This document shows positions 9,826-19,386 of a stretch of 64,000 bases of DNA, in pieces. Position numbers and translations under genes: made by a program. Location of the stretch: contig CAZBDZ010000009.1 of assembly GCA_964490785.1 (NCBI GenBank), positions 2,812-66,811 of the forward strand. Reading direction: 5' to 3'. Position 1 is the stretch's first letter. Each line of letters starts with the position of its first letter. This DNA comes from an uncultured Phycisphaeraceae bacterium. Lineage in GTDB: Bacteria; Planctomycetota; Phycisphaerae; Phycisphaerales; UBA1924. Under the pieces are notes generated by a model. The model made no database searches and was not told the DNA's origin. It saw only the letters and a program-made list of their open reading frames with translations.

Positions 9826-10587
9826 TCAGGCGCGCCGGCGGAGGAAGCCGACCAGGCCCAGGACGCCCAGGGCGATCGTGCCCGGGGCCGGGGTTTCGCC
9901 ATTGGCGATCATCTCGCCCGGATCGAAGTTGAAAGTCTCCGACGGGCGGCGGCCCGAGGCGACGCCGTCGTTGCCTTGGAACGGCGCGGGATTCGACGCG
10001 ATGCGCTGCACGAGCGGGGCCTGCTCGCCCTGCTGAACGCCCTGCCCGGTCATCTCGCGCACGGCGGCGGAGGGGAACAGGGCCCCGGCGAGGGCCGGGT
10101 TGCTGGAGAAGGCGCCCGCCAGCGGCTGCGAATCCGTGATCATCATGCTGTCGTTCGATGCCTCGGCCTCAGGCTCCGCGGCCGCGGCGTCGTCGCTCAG
10201 CCGACTCAGCGTGCTCTCCTCGCGGAGCACCAAGCCGAGAGACTCGCGCATGTGGTCGATCGACTGAACCTCCGGCTCGTCGGTAAACGCGAGCAGGGGG
10301 GTCGCCGACTGCACGGTTTCGTTCTTTGTGCCCTCGAGGATTTTCGAGAGCGCGTCGCGCATCCGGACATCCGCCACGATGTCCCGCGATTCGCTCTCGC
10401 CGGCGGGGCGGGCGACCCTGGCCGCGAACTGCGGCCCGACGGGCGGGGTGATCGGGACCTCGGCGGTGCGGATCGCGTCCCGCGAGAACATCTTGGGAAG
10501 CGTGATCCCGAACCTCGAGAGTCCGGCAACCGCGAGCGCAGGAACAACCACGATACCAGCGATAACAACGGCACGGGCCTTGAACAT
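9826..10587 (-). CDS. Hypothetical secreted protein with a PEP-CTERM-type C-terminal anchor
   Basis: N-terminal TM/signal segment. C-terminus TPAPGTIALGVLGLVGFLRRRA is a Pro motif, a hydrophobic helix and an Arg cluster. Confidence 0.6.
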   Translation of the reverse strand: MFKARAVVIAGIVVVPALAVAGLSRFGITLPKMFSRDAIRTAEVPITPPVGPQFAARVARPAGESESRDIVADVRMRDALSKILEGTKNETVQSATPLLAFTDEPEVQSIDHMRESLGLVLREESTLSRLSDDAAAAEPEAEASNDSMMITDSQPLAGAFSSNPALAGALFPSAAVREMTGQGVQQGEQAPLVQRIASNPAPFQGNDGVASGRRPSETFNFDPGEMIANGETPAPGTIALGVLGLVGFLRRRA

Positions 10588-10753
10588 AATGCTGACTCCT
10601 CCTCCTGCGGCCCGGTTGTGCTACCGGGTCGAGGCATGGATGAGAATACCACGATTTCGAGCCGATGCAAACGATTTTTTCCGGTACACGCAGGAATCGG
10701 GCAAATTCTGCCCCGGATTGCGCCCCGATGCCCGGCCCAATCCGCACCAAACC

Positions 10754-11440
10754 CTAACGATCCGCACCCGCGAGGGGCGAGCGCTTTCGCGACGCGGAAG
10801 CGAGCAGGCCACTCAGAATCACGCACAGACCCGCGGACGGCGCGGGCAGCGCGGTCTCGATCACGATGCGAGAGGCGGGGTCGATGACCAGGCGGCTCGA
10901 TGCGCCCTCGTCCCCGCCGGCGTAAAGCGTGATCGCCGACTCGATGAGAAAGACGACCGGCGCGCCATGGCGAAGTTCCTCGTCGTCGCACAACACGGGC
11001 AAGGGCTGCGGGTCGCCGTGGGGCTTGATGAACGTGATCAGGCCGTCGCCGGGGAGGCTGTACTCGGTGCCTGAGACGATCGCCACGGGGCGGTAGGACA
11101 TCGTGAGATTCCAGACGAGTTCGGCGTCGGGATCGGCGTCGCAATGCCCGGCCCCGCCCCGGAGCAGCAAGGCGAAGTCGGTGCGAAGCCCATCGAGCCG
11201 AACGGGGAACGCCGGCTCGGTTTCGTAGTGATACATGTTGGTCGTCGGCGGCGTCATCGACGGCATGATCGAGATGTCCGCATCGGCGAGCGTCGCCTGG
11301 TAGGGAATCTCAACATCGCCCAGCGGCGAGTCGATCAGGCGGCCGGCGATCTCAAGCGTGTGGGGAAACGTGTGAACGTCCGCCGAGGCGACGGAGGTCA
11401 TGCCCGCCAGCGCGAGCCCGATAATCAACGGCATCTTCAT
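10754..11440 (-). CDS. Hypothetical secreted protein with a PEP-CTERM-like tail
   Basis: Signal peptide MKMPLIIGLALAGMTSVASA. C-terminus LPAPSAGLCVILSGLLASASRKRS. Confidence 0.6.
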   Translation of the reverse strand: MKMPLIIGLALAGMTSVASADVHTFPHTLEIAGRLIDSPLGDVEIPYQATLADADISIMPSMTPPTTNMYHYETEPAFPVRLDGLRTDFALLLRGGAGHCDADPDAELVWNLTMSYRPVAIVSGTEYSLPGDGLITFIKPHGDPQPLPVLCDDEELRHGAPVVFLIESAITLYAGGDEGASSRLVIDPASRIVIETALPAPSAGLCVILSGLLASASRKRSPLAGADR

Positions 11441-11542
11441 GGATCGCTCTCTCCCTGGGCGTCATGCCCTGACACCCATGAATCTACGCAGAAAACGGGC
11501 GAGGGCAAGCGGATTCCGTGGGCCGAAAACCGGAAAGACATT

Positions 11543-11590
11543 CACCACAGAGACGCAGAGAGCACAGAGGAAGGCGGGAGGATGGGAAGA
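11543..11590. repeat. Partial copy of the CACAGAG / GGAAGG purine-rich element
   Basis: caccacagagacgcagagagcacagaggaaggcgggaggatgggaag resembles the left end of the pabB insert (37733-) and the ggaaggatggga strings at 57845. Confidence 0.4.
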
Positions 11591-11621
11591 ACGGCATGAG
11601 TGCCGAGGTGCTGGAGTTCCT

Positions 11622-13145
11622 TTAGGCGCTGGCCTGAGCAATCTGCGCGACGCGCTCGCCGAGCAGCGAAACCGGCACGCCGGCGGCGGGCTTGGTTCGG
11701 CGGTCGAGATCTTGAATGGTGCAGCGGGCCTCGTCGCCTTTGGATGAGGCGGACTCGATGATCGCGACCGTGCGGGCATTCGCCTGGACCGCCTCCTGCA
11801 CGAGTTTGCCCACGTTCTTCGTCGCCTTGTACGAACGGCGGGCGTGGAGAGGCGGGACGGCGTAGCGATCGACAGACCAGGGTTTGCACTCGCCTTGCTT
11901 GTACTTCTCCGATTCCTCGCCGCGGCGGAGACGGGCGACCGTGGGCACGATGAGTTCCTCGCAGCCTGGGTTGGGCGAGGCGATGACGAAGACATCGGGA
12001 CGATAGGGCATGGGGCGTGTGAGGGCTTCGAGCATGTCGCGGCCTTCGGGAATGAGTTTGCGGTCTTCGAGGAGGTTGCCGAGGACGGCGTCGCCCATGC
12101 CGAAGCCGCAGGCGGGGGTGGGCGGGCCGCCGAAGAGTTCGATGAGGTTGTCGTAGCGTCCGCCGCCGGCGACGGCACGTTCGCCCTCGGCGATGACCTC
12201 GAAGACGGTGCCGGTGTAGTAGGCGAGGCCGCGGACGATGTCGCTATTGAACTGAAACCACTCGAGAATGCCGGCGTCGCGCAAAGAACCCTTTAGCCAC
12301 TCCATAAGTGAATCTGCCGTGTCGGATAGTTCATTGATTCTGCCCTGCGATCTATTATCAGGAACGGGAGCATCCCTGATCGTGCGAGTTGCGAAGTAGT
12401 CCGCTTGATTGGCAGTGAATCCCAGATCGAGTGCTTGTTGTCTTAGCTCGTCGGGCGGTGATTTATCGCGCTGGTCAAGTAATGCGAACGCATCATCAAT
12501 CCTCTCCAACGGCACGCCAACAATATCCATCAATGCGGCCTGAAGCCTCTTGCGATTCGAAAACCAGCCTCGACATAGCTCATTCCCGATGCCACACATC
12601 CTCAGTGAGTCAACGAGCACTCCCATCACTTCCACATCTGCTTCATGCTCAGCTATTCCCCCAATAACATCGCAGTTCCACTGCCAAAACTCCCTCAACC
12701 TCCCCCGCTGCGGGCGTTCGGCCCGGAAGAAGTTGCTGACGCAGAACCACTTGGTGGGTTGGGGGAGTTGCTTCGCCCGCGCGGCGTACATGCGGGCGAG
12801 GGTGGGGGTGAACTCGGGGCGCAAACCAAAGGGGGGGCTGCGGGGGTCGAGCGGCGCTTCGGGCAACCCCGTCGCTGGCGCTCCGGGTTCCATGGCGCGC
12901 CGCGCATTTTCTGCTTTCCCACTGAACACGCCGAACATCTCGTTGAGGATGCCTTCGCCGGACTTGACCTTGTAGAGGTCGGCGGCTTCGAAGGTTGGGC
13001 CGTCGATCTCGTCGAACCCGTGGCGGAGGGCGGCGCGGCGCCAGGCGTCGGTGATGTACCGGCGGACGAGCATCTCGCGCGGATAAAAGTCGCGCGTGCC
13101 CGAGGGAGGGGCGATCTTCACGGGTTTCCGCGGGGCATCGGGCAT
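11622..13145 (-). CDS. hisS: Histidine--tRNA ligase
   Basis: GTRDFYPREM, motif 2 FRAERPQRGRLREFWQWNCDVIG, motif 3 RGLAYYTGTVFE. ATG 13145 is preferred over GTG 13178, which lies inside a REP palindrome. Confidence 0.9.
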   Translation of the reverse strand: MPDAPRKPVKIAPPSGTRDFYPREMLVRRYITDAWRRAALRHGFDEIDGPTFEAADLYKVKSGEGILNEMFGVFSGKAENARRAMEPGAPATGLPEAPLDPRSPPFGLRPEFTPTLARMYAARAKQLPQPTKWFCVSNFFRAERPQRGRLREFWQWNCDVIGGIAEHEADVEVMGVLVDSLRMCGIGNELCRGWFSNRKRLQAALMDIVGVPLERIDDAFALLDQRDKSPPDELRQQALDLGFTANQADYFATRTIRDAPVPDNRSQGRINELSDTADSLMEWLKGSLRDAGILEWFQFNSDIVRGLAYYTGTVFEVIAEGERAVAGGGRYDNLIELFGGPPTPACGFGMGDAVLGNLLEDRKLIPEGRDMLEALTRPMPYRPDVFVIASPNPGCEELIVPTVARLRRGEESEKYKQGECKPWSVDRYAVPPLHARRSYKATKNVGKLVQEAVQANARTVAIIESASSKGDEARCTIQDLDRRTKPAAGVPVSLLGERVAQIAQASA

Positions 13146-13174
13146 GGGGGGTAGGGTAGCAGCGCCGTGCTCTA

Positions 13175-13860
13175 CCACGGGACTCGCGGACTCGTCCCGA
13201 GCGTGGGGGAGAGGTGACGATCATCCCTGACGCTCGGGACGAGTCCGCGAGTCCCGTGGTGGCGCGGGCGTCACTGCTGCGAGGGCTTCCGGATGCGCCA
13301 GACTGCAGCCCCCTCTTTCTCCGAATGTTCGAGGATGTAGCGGAAGACGTTGAGTTGGTGCTCGCGATCCCGGATCGGCTTCGCCTCACGTCGCGCGGCC
13401 CAGACCTGACCTGGGATCGCGTCGCGGATGGCGTGCGAAGAATGTCGCTTCAGGCGGGCGACCGAGTTCTCGATATCGTTCGGGCTCAACTTCGCGAGGA
13501 GGTGAACGTGCGTCGCGCTCACGGCGGCACAGACGACGAGGAGTTCGATCTGTTTCGCTTTCGCAAGGAGAGCATCGAGTGTCCGTTGGCGCAACGCGGG
13601 CGCGAGGAGAACCGGATCCTTGTGCATGATGCGCTTCATGTACCGATGAAGACCCGCATGCTCGCCCTTCGGGGGCGGGCGTTTGTAATCGCCCGAAGAG
13701 TGGATCCGGTGGAAGCGATCGCGGAACCCGCGGGGATCGCCGTGGAGCCATGCGCCGTAGGTGCTCCACATGATGTGGAACCAGCGAGGGGGCATGGGGA
13801 CACTCTCCCTCGGGGCTCGCCCGCGGAAACCACGGGACTCGAAGACTCGTCCCGAGCGTG
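13175..13860. mobile_element. REPtron: RAYT gene flanked by cognate REP sequences
   Basis: The 31-nt unit ccacgggactcgcggactcgtcccgagcgtg (13175-13205) and its inverted copy (13230-13259) lie 12 nt past the RAYT stop. A third copy, ccacgggactcgaagactcgtcccgagcgtg (13830-13860), lies 35 nt upstream of its start. Confidence 0.8.
13271..13795 (-). CDS. REP-associated tyrosine transposase (RAYT, IS200/IS605-like Y1 HUH transposase)
   Basis: N-terminal WFHIMWSTYGAWLHGDPRGF, HUH motif THVHLL, C-terminal Tyr region NVFRYILEH. About 174 aa, typical for the family. Confidence 0.8.
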   Translation of the reverse strand: MPPRWFHIMWSTYGAWLHGDPRGFRDRFHRIHSSGDYKRPPPKGEHAGLHRYMKRIMHKDPVLLAPALRQRTLDALLAKAKQIELLVVCAAVSATHVHLLAKLSPNDIENSVARLKRHSSHAIRDAIPGQVWAARREAKPIRDREHQLNVFRYILEHSEKEGAAVWRIRKPSQQ

Positions 13861-13896
13861 CGCGGGAAGCAGGATCTCAACTGTCTTTCAGGCGCG

Positions 13897-14250
13897 CTAC
13901 TGCTTCTTTCCGCCCTGGAGTTGGAGCGCCGCGATTGCGGTGGCTTTGTCGGGGGCGAAGTCGAAGACCTTGTCGAGGCCCGTGAGGAGCATGATGGACC
14001 ATACACCGTCGGCGACGGAGCAGAGTTTCATGGTCTTGTGCGCCTCGATGAGGCGCCGGCGGATGCGGAGGATTTGGGCGATGTTCGACGAGTTGAGGTA
14101 CGACACGCCGCCGAGGTTCAGGACCACGCAAGGCACCGTGTCCACGGGGCGCTCGGTCAACTGGTTGTAGAGTTCGTTGAGTTCCTCGGAGAGTTCCGGC
14201 TCGTCGGCGAGGTCGGCGATGACGATGTCGTTGGACCAGTCGCTGGGCAT
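13897..14250 (-). CDS. STAS-domain protein (anti-sigma-factor antagonist type)
   Basis: 117 aa. VVLNLGGVSYLNSSNIAQILRIRRRL ... GLDKVF is the typical SpoIIAA/STAS pattern. Confidence 0.8.
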   Translation of the reverse strand: MPSDWSNDIVIADLADEPELSEELNELYNQLTERPVDTVPCVVLNLGGVSYLNSSNIAQILRIRRRLIEAHKTMKLCSVADGVWSIMLLTGLDKVFDFAPDKATAIAALQLQGGKKQ

Positions 14251-14472
14251 GGCAAGTCTCCAGACCGTCGGGGCGCCTGGGCCACCGACAGGATCACTCT
14301 ACCAGAGATTCGCGGTTGGGCAGGGATTCCCCGGAATCTCGGGACGCCGAGGCTCAGCCCGCGAAGCCTCGGTTTCGACGGGCACGGGATCCAAGGCTTC
14401 GTCTCGGCTTCCTCAGCCTCGGCGTCCAAGGTCCGGGGGCGTGGTGAGGTCGGCCTCCTTTGAACCTCGGCT

Positions 14473-17178
14473 TCACGAGCCGGCATCCTCCGGCGGGGGC
14501 GCGGCCTCGTCCGTACTCTCGCCGGGCGGGACCACCGCCGCGGCCACGAGGCGGTCGCCCTCCTTGAGGTTGGCCAGACGCACACCCTGGGTATTCCGCC
14601 CGATGCGGGATATCTGGGCGACGGGGATGCGGACGAGCAGGCCGCCTTCGGACACGAGGACGACGCCCTCGCCCTCCTTGACCGCCTTCATGGCGACGAC
14701 CTTGCCGTTGCGGCCCTCGGTGCGGATGTCGATTCGGCCCTTCCCGCCGCGGGACTGGGCGCGGTACTCCGTTTTGCCGCCCTCGCCCTCACCCGCGACG
14801 AGGTACTCGATCATGGCGGTGCGCTTGCCGTAGCCGTTCTCCGTCACGGTGAGGAGGTCCACCTCGGGATGGACGGACGAGAGCGGATCGTTCTCATCGC
14901 GCATCTCGACGCGGACGAGGTCGACGACCTCATCTCCCTCGACGAGTTCGATGCCCTTGACGCCCGCGGCCCCGCGGCCCATGGGGCGCGCGTCGCTCTC
15001 CATGAAGCGGATGGACATGCCCTGGGCCGTGCCGAGGAGGAGGTGGTCCGTGCCGCTGGTGTTCGTGACGCCGATGAGGCGGTCGCCCTCGTTCAGATCG
15101 ACGGCGATGATGCCCGCCCGGCTGACGTTCTGATAGAGGCGGAGGCTGGTGCGCTTCACCTTGCCCTGTGCGGTCGCGAAGACGAGGTAGTCCTCGCTCT
15201 TCTCGAAATCCTTGATGGGCATGAACGCCACGGCCTTTTCGCCCATCGCGCCCTCGCTGCCGGGGCGGAGTTCGATCAGGTTCATGATGGATCGGCCGCG
15301 GGTGGTCCGCGCCATCTCGGGGATCTCGTAGACCTTGACCTTGAAGACGCGCCCGGTGTTCGTGAAGCACAGGAGGTCGTCGTGCGTGGAGGCGACGAAG
15401 ACGTGCTCGATGAAGTCCTCTTCCTTGGCGTCCGAGGCCTTGATGCCGCGCCCGCCGCGGTTCTGCTCGCGGTAGGTGGTCATCGGCACGCGTTTGAGCC
15501 AGCCCTCGTGGCTGATGGTGACGGCGACGTCCTCCTGGCGGATGAGGGCCTCGATGTTGATGTCGGCGTCGGACTCCTCGATCCGGGTGAGGCGAGGCGT
15601 GGCGTAGCGGGTCTTCATCTCCACGCAGTCGGCGCGGATGATCGCCAGGACCTTCTTCCGGTCGGCGAGGATCGCTTCGAGGCCGGTGATCTCCTCGACA
15701 AGTTTCGCGTAGTCGGCGACGAGTTTCTCGATCTCGAGGCCGACCAACTGGATGAGGCGCATGGCGCCGATGGCCTCGGCCTGCACGCGGGTGAGGCGCA
15801 TGCCGCCTGTCGCATCCGCGGCGCGGACCGCGTCCATGAGGCGTGCGGGAATCTTCGAGGCGTGCTTGTGGTCCGCGGCGATGCGGAGGGCCCGGGCCGC
15901 CAGTTTCTCGATCGCCTCTTCGCGCGTGCGCGACGAGCGAATCAGTTTGATCACCTCGTCGATGTCGCAGACGGCGTAGATCATGCCCTCCAGGACGTGG
16001 GCCTTCTTCTTGGCTTCCTGCAGGAGGTGCCGCGTGCGGCGCTCGATCACGTCCACCCGGTGATCGACGTAGCAGTCCAGCATCTCGCGCAGACTCAGCG
16101 TGCGCGGCTGGCGGTTCACCAGCGCGATGTTCATGATGCTGAGCGTGTCCTGCAGCGGCGTGAACTCGTACAACTGGTTCTCGATGACCGCCGGGTCGGC
16201 CCCGCGCCGCAGTTCGCAGACGACGCGGACCGGCGCCTCGCGCCCCGATTCGTTCCGCACGTCGGTGATGTCCTTGATCTTCTCCTCGTTCACCGCCTCG
16301 CCGATGGCGTTGACGACGGTGAGCAGGCCGAGTTGATAGGGGATGGTGTCGATGACGATCTGCTGGCGGTCGCGCGAGCCGGGGATTTCCTCGACGTGGA
16401 CGGTGCCGCGGACGGTGAGGCGGCCGCGCCCGGTGGCGTAGCCCTCGACCACGCCGCGCTTGCCGCAGATGACGCCGCCGGTCGGGAAATCCGGGCCGGG
16501 GACGATGCCGATCAACTCATTCAGGGTGATTTCGGGGCGGTCGATGACGGCGACGATCGCGTCGAGGATCTCGCCCGGGTTGTGCGGGAGGAGGCTCGTC
16601 GCCATGCCGACGGCGATGCCGACGCCGCCGTTGACGAGCAGGTAGGGGAACTTGCCGGGCAGGACGGTCGGCTCCTGCAGGCGGTCGTCGTAGTTGGGCT
16701 GGAAATCGACCGTGTCGAGTTTGAGATCCTCGAGCATGTCGCTCGCGGCGTGGTGGAGCCTTGCCTCGGTGTACCGCATCGCGGCCGGAGGGTCGGGGTT
16801 GATCGAGCCGAAGTTCCCCTGCGGGTCCACGACGGGGACGCGCATCTTCCAATCCTGCGCCATTCCGGCGAGCGTGGGGTAGACGACCGATTCGCCGTGC
16901 GGGTGGTAGTTGCCCGAGGTGTCGCCGCAGATCTTCGCGCACTTGATGTGCTTCTTGCCGGGGCGGAGGTTGAGGTCGTTCATCGCGACGAGGATGCGGC
17001 GTTGCGAGGGCTTCAGGCCGTCGCGCACATCGGGCAGGGCACGATCCATGATCGTGCTCATCGCGTAGGTGAGGTAGGAATCCTTCAGTTCGTCCTCGAT
17101 CTGGAGATCGACGACGTGGCCGATGTTCAGCGGCGCTTCGGGATTCTGCGGCGTGGTTGGAGGGGTTTCGTCGGGCAT
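14473..17178 (-). CDS. gyrA: DNA gyrase subunit A
   Basis: 901 aa. [27 protein letters not shown] (catalytic Tyr) and C-terminal beta-pinwheel repeats. Confidence 0.97.
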   Translation of the reverse strand: MPDETPPTTPQNPEAPLNIGHVVDLQIEDELKDSYLTYAMSTIMDRALPDVRDGLKPSQRRILVAMNDLNLRPGKKHIKCAKICGDTSGNYHPHGESVVYPTLAGMAQDWKMRVPVVDPQGNFGSINPDPPAAMRYTEARLHHAASDMLEDLKLDTVDFQPNYDDRLQEPTVLPGKFPYLLVNGGVGIAVGMATSLLPHNPGEILDAIVAVIDRPEITLNELIGIVPGPDFPTGGVICGKRGVVEGYATGRGRLTVRGTVHVEEIPGSRDRQQIVIDTIPYQLGLLTVVNAIGEAVNEEKIKDITDVRNESGREAPVRVVCELRRGADPAVIENQLYEFTPLQDTLSIMNIALVNRQPRTLSLREMLDCYVDHRVDVIERRTRHLLQEAKKKAHVLEGMIYAVCDIDEVIKLIRSSRTREEAIEKLAARALRIAADHKHASKIPARLMDAVRAADATGGMRLTRVQAEAIGAMRLIQLVGLEIEKLVADYAKLVEEITGLEAILADRKKVLAIIRADCVEMKTRYATPRLTRIEESDADINIEALIRQEDVAVTISHEGWLKRVPMTTYREQNRGGRGIKASDAKEEDFIEHVFVASTHDDLLCFTNTGRVFKVKVYEIPEMARTTRGRSIMNLIELRPGSEGAMGEKAVAFMPIKDFEKSEDYLVFATAQGKVKRTSLRLYQNVSRAGIIAVDLNEGDRLIGVTNTSGTDHLLLGTAQGMSIRFMESDARPMGRGAAGVKGIELVEGDEVVDLVRVEMRDENDPLSSVHPEVDLLTVTENGYGKRTAMIEYLVAGEGEGGKTEYRAQSRGGKGRIDIRTEGRNGKVVAMKAVKEGEGVVLVSEGGLLVRIPVAQISRIGRNTQGVRLANLKEGDRLVAAAVVPPGESTDEAAPPPEDAGS

Positions 17179-17337
17179 GTTTTCGGGTGCTTTTCCGGAG
17201 CGATCGAGAGGGTGAATCGTGCGGAGATTCTAGGCGAAATCTCGGGGTTTTGCACGCGGACAAGCCGCCGCTGAGGAGCCTTCGACGAAGTGGCGGTTCG
17301 CGCCACGCGGGTCGCCATCATCCGCGTCTTCACGGAC

Positions 17338-18543
17338 TCAGACGCGGCTTCTCGCGGGGGTCTTCCGAGCGACGAAGCGGGTGGCGATCGGCGCGATCAG
17401 CACGATCCCCATCGCGGGCGCGAGCCAGATGTACCGTCGCTCGATGTACCCGAGCCACAGGCACGGGGCCGCGAGGAGGCAGGCGACGATCCAGAGTCGA
17501 ACGCGCGCGGCGCGAGGCGCGGGGCGCTCGATCGAGACGATCCAGACAAACGCGGGGAACGCCAGCGCGTAGCACGAGATGAGGAGTTCGTACACGAGGC
17601 GCGTCGCCGATGTGCCGTGGTACGCCGGAACCCAAGGCAGCGCGGCGGACGCAAACATCAGCACGATCCCCGCCGTCATTGCCCCACCTCCCCACCTACC
17701 CCCTCTAGGTGGTATGGGCGTCCCGCCCGTCCCTACCTCTTCTACTGCCTTCCTCCCCCTCCATTCCCCCAACCCCCCCGGCCGCAGCTCGCGCAAGTGC
17801 GCCCCGATGGTGAAGGCCGCTTGTGCGCCGAAGTGCAGCGGCAGGTACAGGCTCCACATGTTGGCGAGCAGCCCGCCCGCGTAGAGGAGCGTGAACACCA
17901 TGAGGACCGGGAACAGCACGCCGAAGGAGAGCGCGAACGCGGCCGCACCCGCAAGGCCCGGCGCCTCCTGCCGCACGCGATGGAATGTCAGGTCCAGGTG
18001 CGGGCACAGCCCGAAGCCCAGCACCAGCGTCGGGATGGCGAACCACAGGTCGCGCGCGGCCTGCGCGCCGGAATCCGCCGGCACGCGCAGCGTCGGCCCG
18101 GAGCGCCAGATCAGCACGAAGACCGCGATGCTGATCGCGTAGACGAGGATCGAGGGGATCGCCCACCGGCGGAGGCCCGACAGCGCGACGCCGACGAGCA
18201 CGGCCGCCGCCGCGGCCGCGCCGCCGATCCATCCCTGCCCGACATCCGATCGCGCCGCGAGATCGGTAAGCAGCCACGCCAGCCACGAGACATGAAACAG
18301 AATCGTGACGACACTGAACGCGCGCAACGCGGCGAGATTGACCGCGACGAACCGTCGGCTCGATTCAGCGGAATGCACGAACCCGACCAAGGCCGCTCCG
18401 ATCGCGTTCGGCACCAGAAACGCGCACCACCCCGGCCAACCCCAGTCCTCCGCCATGTAGACCGGGAACCACATCCCGATGCACCACGTCCACGACGAGG
18501 CGAGGAAGAGGGCGCGCCAGAGGATGCCGAGGCGGGCGGGCAT
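17338..18543 (-). CDS. Multi-pass membrane protein, unknown function
   Basis: Internal ATG at 18543 (MPARLGILWRALFLASSWTW). About 10 hydrophobic segments. The upstream part of ORF 17338..18870 overlaps the PIN gene and is discounted. Confidence 0.6.
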   Translation of the reverse strand: MPARLGILWRALFLASSWTWCIGMWFPVYMAEDWGWPGWCAFLVPNAIGAALVGFVHSAESSRRFVAVNLAALRAFSVVTILFHVSWLAWLLTDLAARSDVGQGWIGGAAAAAAVLVGVALSGLRRWAIPSILVYAISIAVFVLIWRSGPTLRVPADSGAQAARDLWFAIPTLVLGFGLCPHLDLTFHRVRQEAPGLAGAAAFALSFGVLFPVLMVFTLLYAGGLLANMWSLYLPLHFGAQAAFTIGAHLRELRPGGLGEWRGRKAVEEVGTGGTPIPPRGGRWGGGAMTAGIVLMFASAALPWVPAYHGTSATRLVYELLISCYALAFPAFVWIVSIERPAPRAARVRLWIVACLLAAPCLWLGYIERRYIWLAPAMGIVLIAPIATRFVARKTPARSRV

Positions 18544-18663
18544 CGGGGGATTGTCGCAGATTCGCGCATACCAGCCCGCCGCGCAAGCGGAGGCGTTGCG
18601 CCGGGCATGAATCGCCTCCTCTTGCGCGCGGGCTTGCCGAAGCCGGCAGTACCATGCCCCGCG

Positions 18664-19140
18664 ATGGCCACCGTCTATGTCGAGACGAGCATCCCCAGTT
18701 ACTACTTCGAGACCCGTCGAAGCCCGAAGGTGATCGCATGGCGCGAGGCGACGGTGCGGTGGTGGCGGCGATTCCGCCCGAACTATGCGTTGGTGACCTC
18801 CCGCGTGACGCTCGACGAGGTCGGCGAAGCGCCTCAACCCAAGCGGACCGAGATGCTCGGGCTCCTTCATGGCATTGACCTATTGGAGCGAACGCCGGAG
18901 ACCATCTCGCTCGCGGCTTACTACGTCACGCATAAACTCGTTCCCTCCACGACACTCGCGGATGCACTTCACCTCGCCCACTGCAGCCAGCACGCGATCC
19001 CGTTCCTCCTGACCTGGAACTGTCGGCACCTCGCCAACGTCAACAAAATCCAACATCTCACGGTGCTCAATCGTCGGCTTGGCTTGCCGGTGCCTATGAT
19101 CGTCACGCCTCTGACGCTCATGCCCGAGGAAGCCCCATGA
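18664..19140 (+). CDS. PIN-domain protein (VapC-family toxin-like)
   Basis: C-terminal 158 aa of ORF 17290..19140, from ATG 18664. MATVYVETSIPSYYFE ... DALHLAHCSQHAIPFLLTWNCRHLAN matches the PIN family with the LLTWNxxH motif. Confidence 0.8.
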   Translation: MATVYVETSIPSYYFETRRSPKVIAWREATVRWWRRFRPNYALVTSRVTLDEVGEAPQPKRTEMLGLLHGIDLLERTPETISLAAYYVTHKLVPSTTLADALHLAHCSQHAIPFLLTWNCRHLANVNKIQHLTVLNRRLGLPVPMIVTPLTLMPEEAP

Positions 19141-19367
19141 GGAATCGCAAGGACATCCTGGAATACGATCCGGTCGTCGAGGAGGTCCGCCGGTGGCGTC
19201 GCAGCCTCCAAAGAAAGGCAGGCGGCACGCTTGAGGGACTTATTCGGCTGTTAGAGCAGCGCGAAGCCGAGGAGCGGGCCGCAAAGGAGCCGCGGGCGAT
19301 GCGCCGGAAGACCGCTCGGAAGTTGTCCAAGCCGCCCGCCACCAAGCGCCGAAAGCGTGCCGCCTGA
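19137..19367 (+). CDS. Small basic protein coupled to the PIN gene (putative antitoxin partner)
   Basis: ATGA start/stop overlap with the PIN gene. 76 aa with a Lys/Arg-rich C-terminus. Confidence 0.5.
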   Translation: MRNRKDILEYDPVVEEVRRWRRSLQRKAGGTLEGLIRLLEQREAEERAAKEPRAMRRKTARKLSKPPATKRRKRAA

Positions 19368-19386
19368 CCGCCAGTTCACTTCGACT

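Noticed and set aside
14869-17274. 801-aa plus-strand ORF
   Set aside because: It is exactly antisense to gyrA. Its composition is dominated by Arg/Gly/Asp/Ala/Val, as expected for the reverse frame of a high-GC gene, and it has no family motifs.
17290-18663. N-terminal 458 codons of ORF 17290..19140
   Set aside because: This part is antisense to a plausible multi-TM protein and is very Arg/Asp/Pro-rich. Only the last 158 codons, from ATG 18664, look like a real PIN protein.
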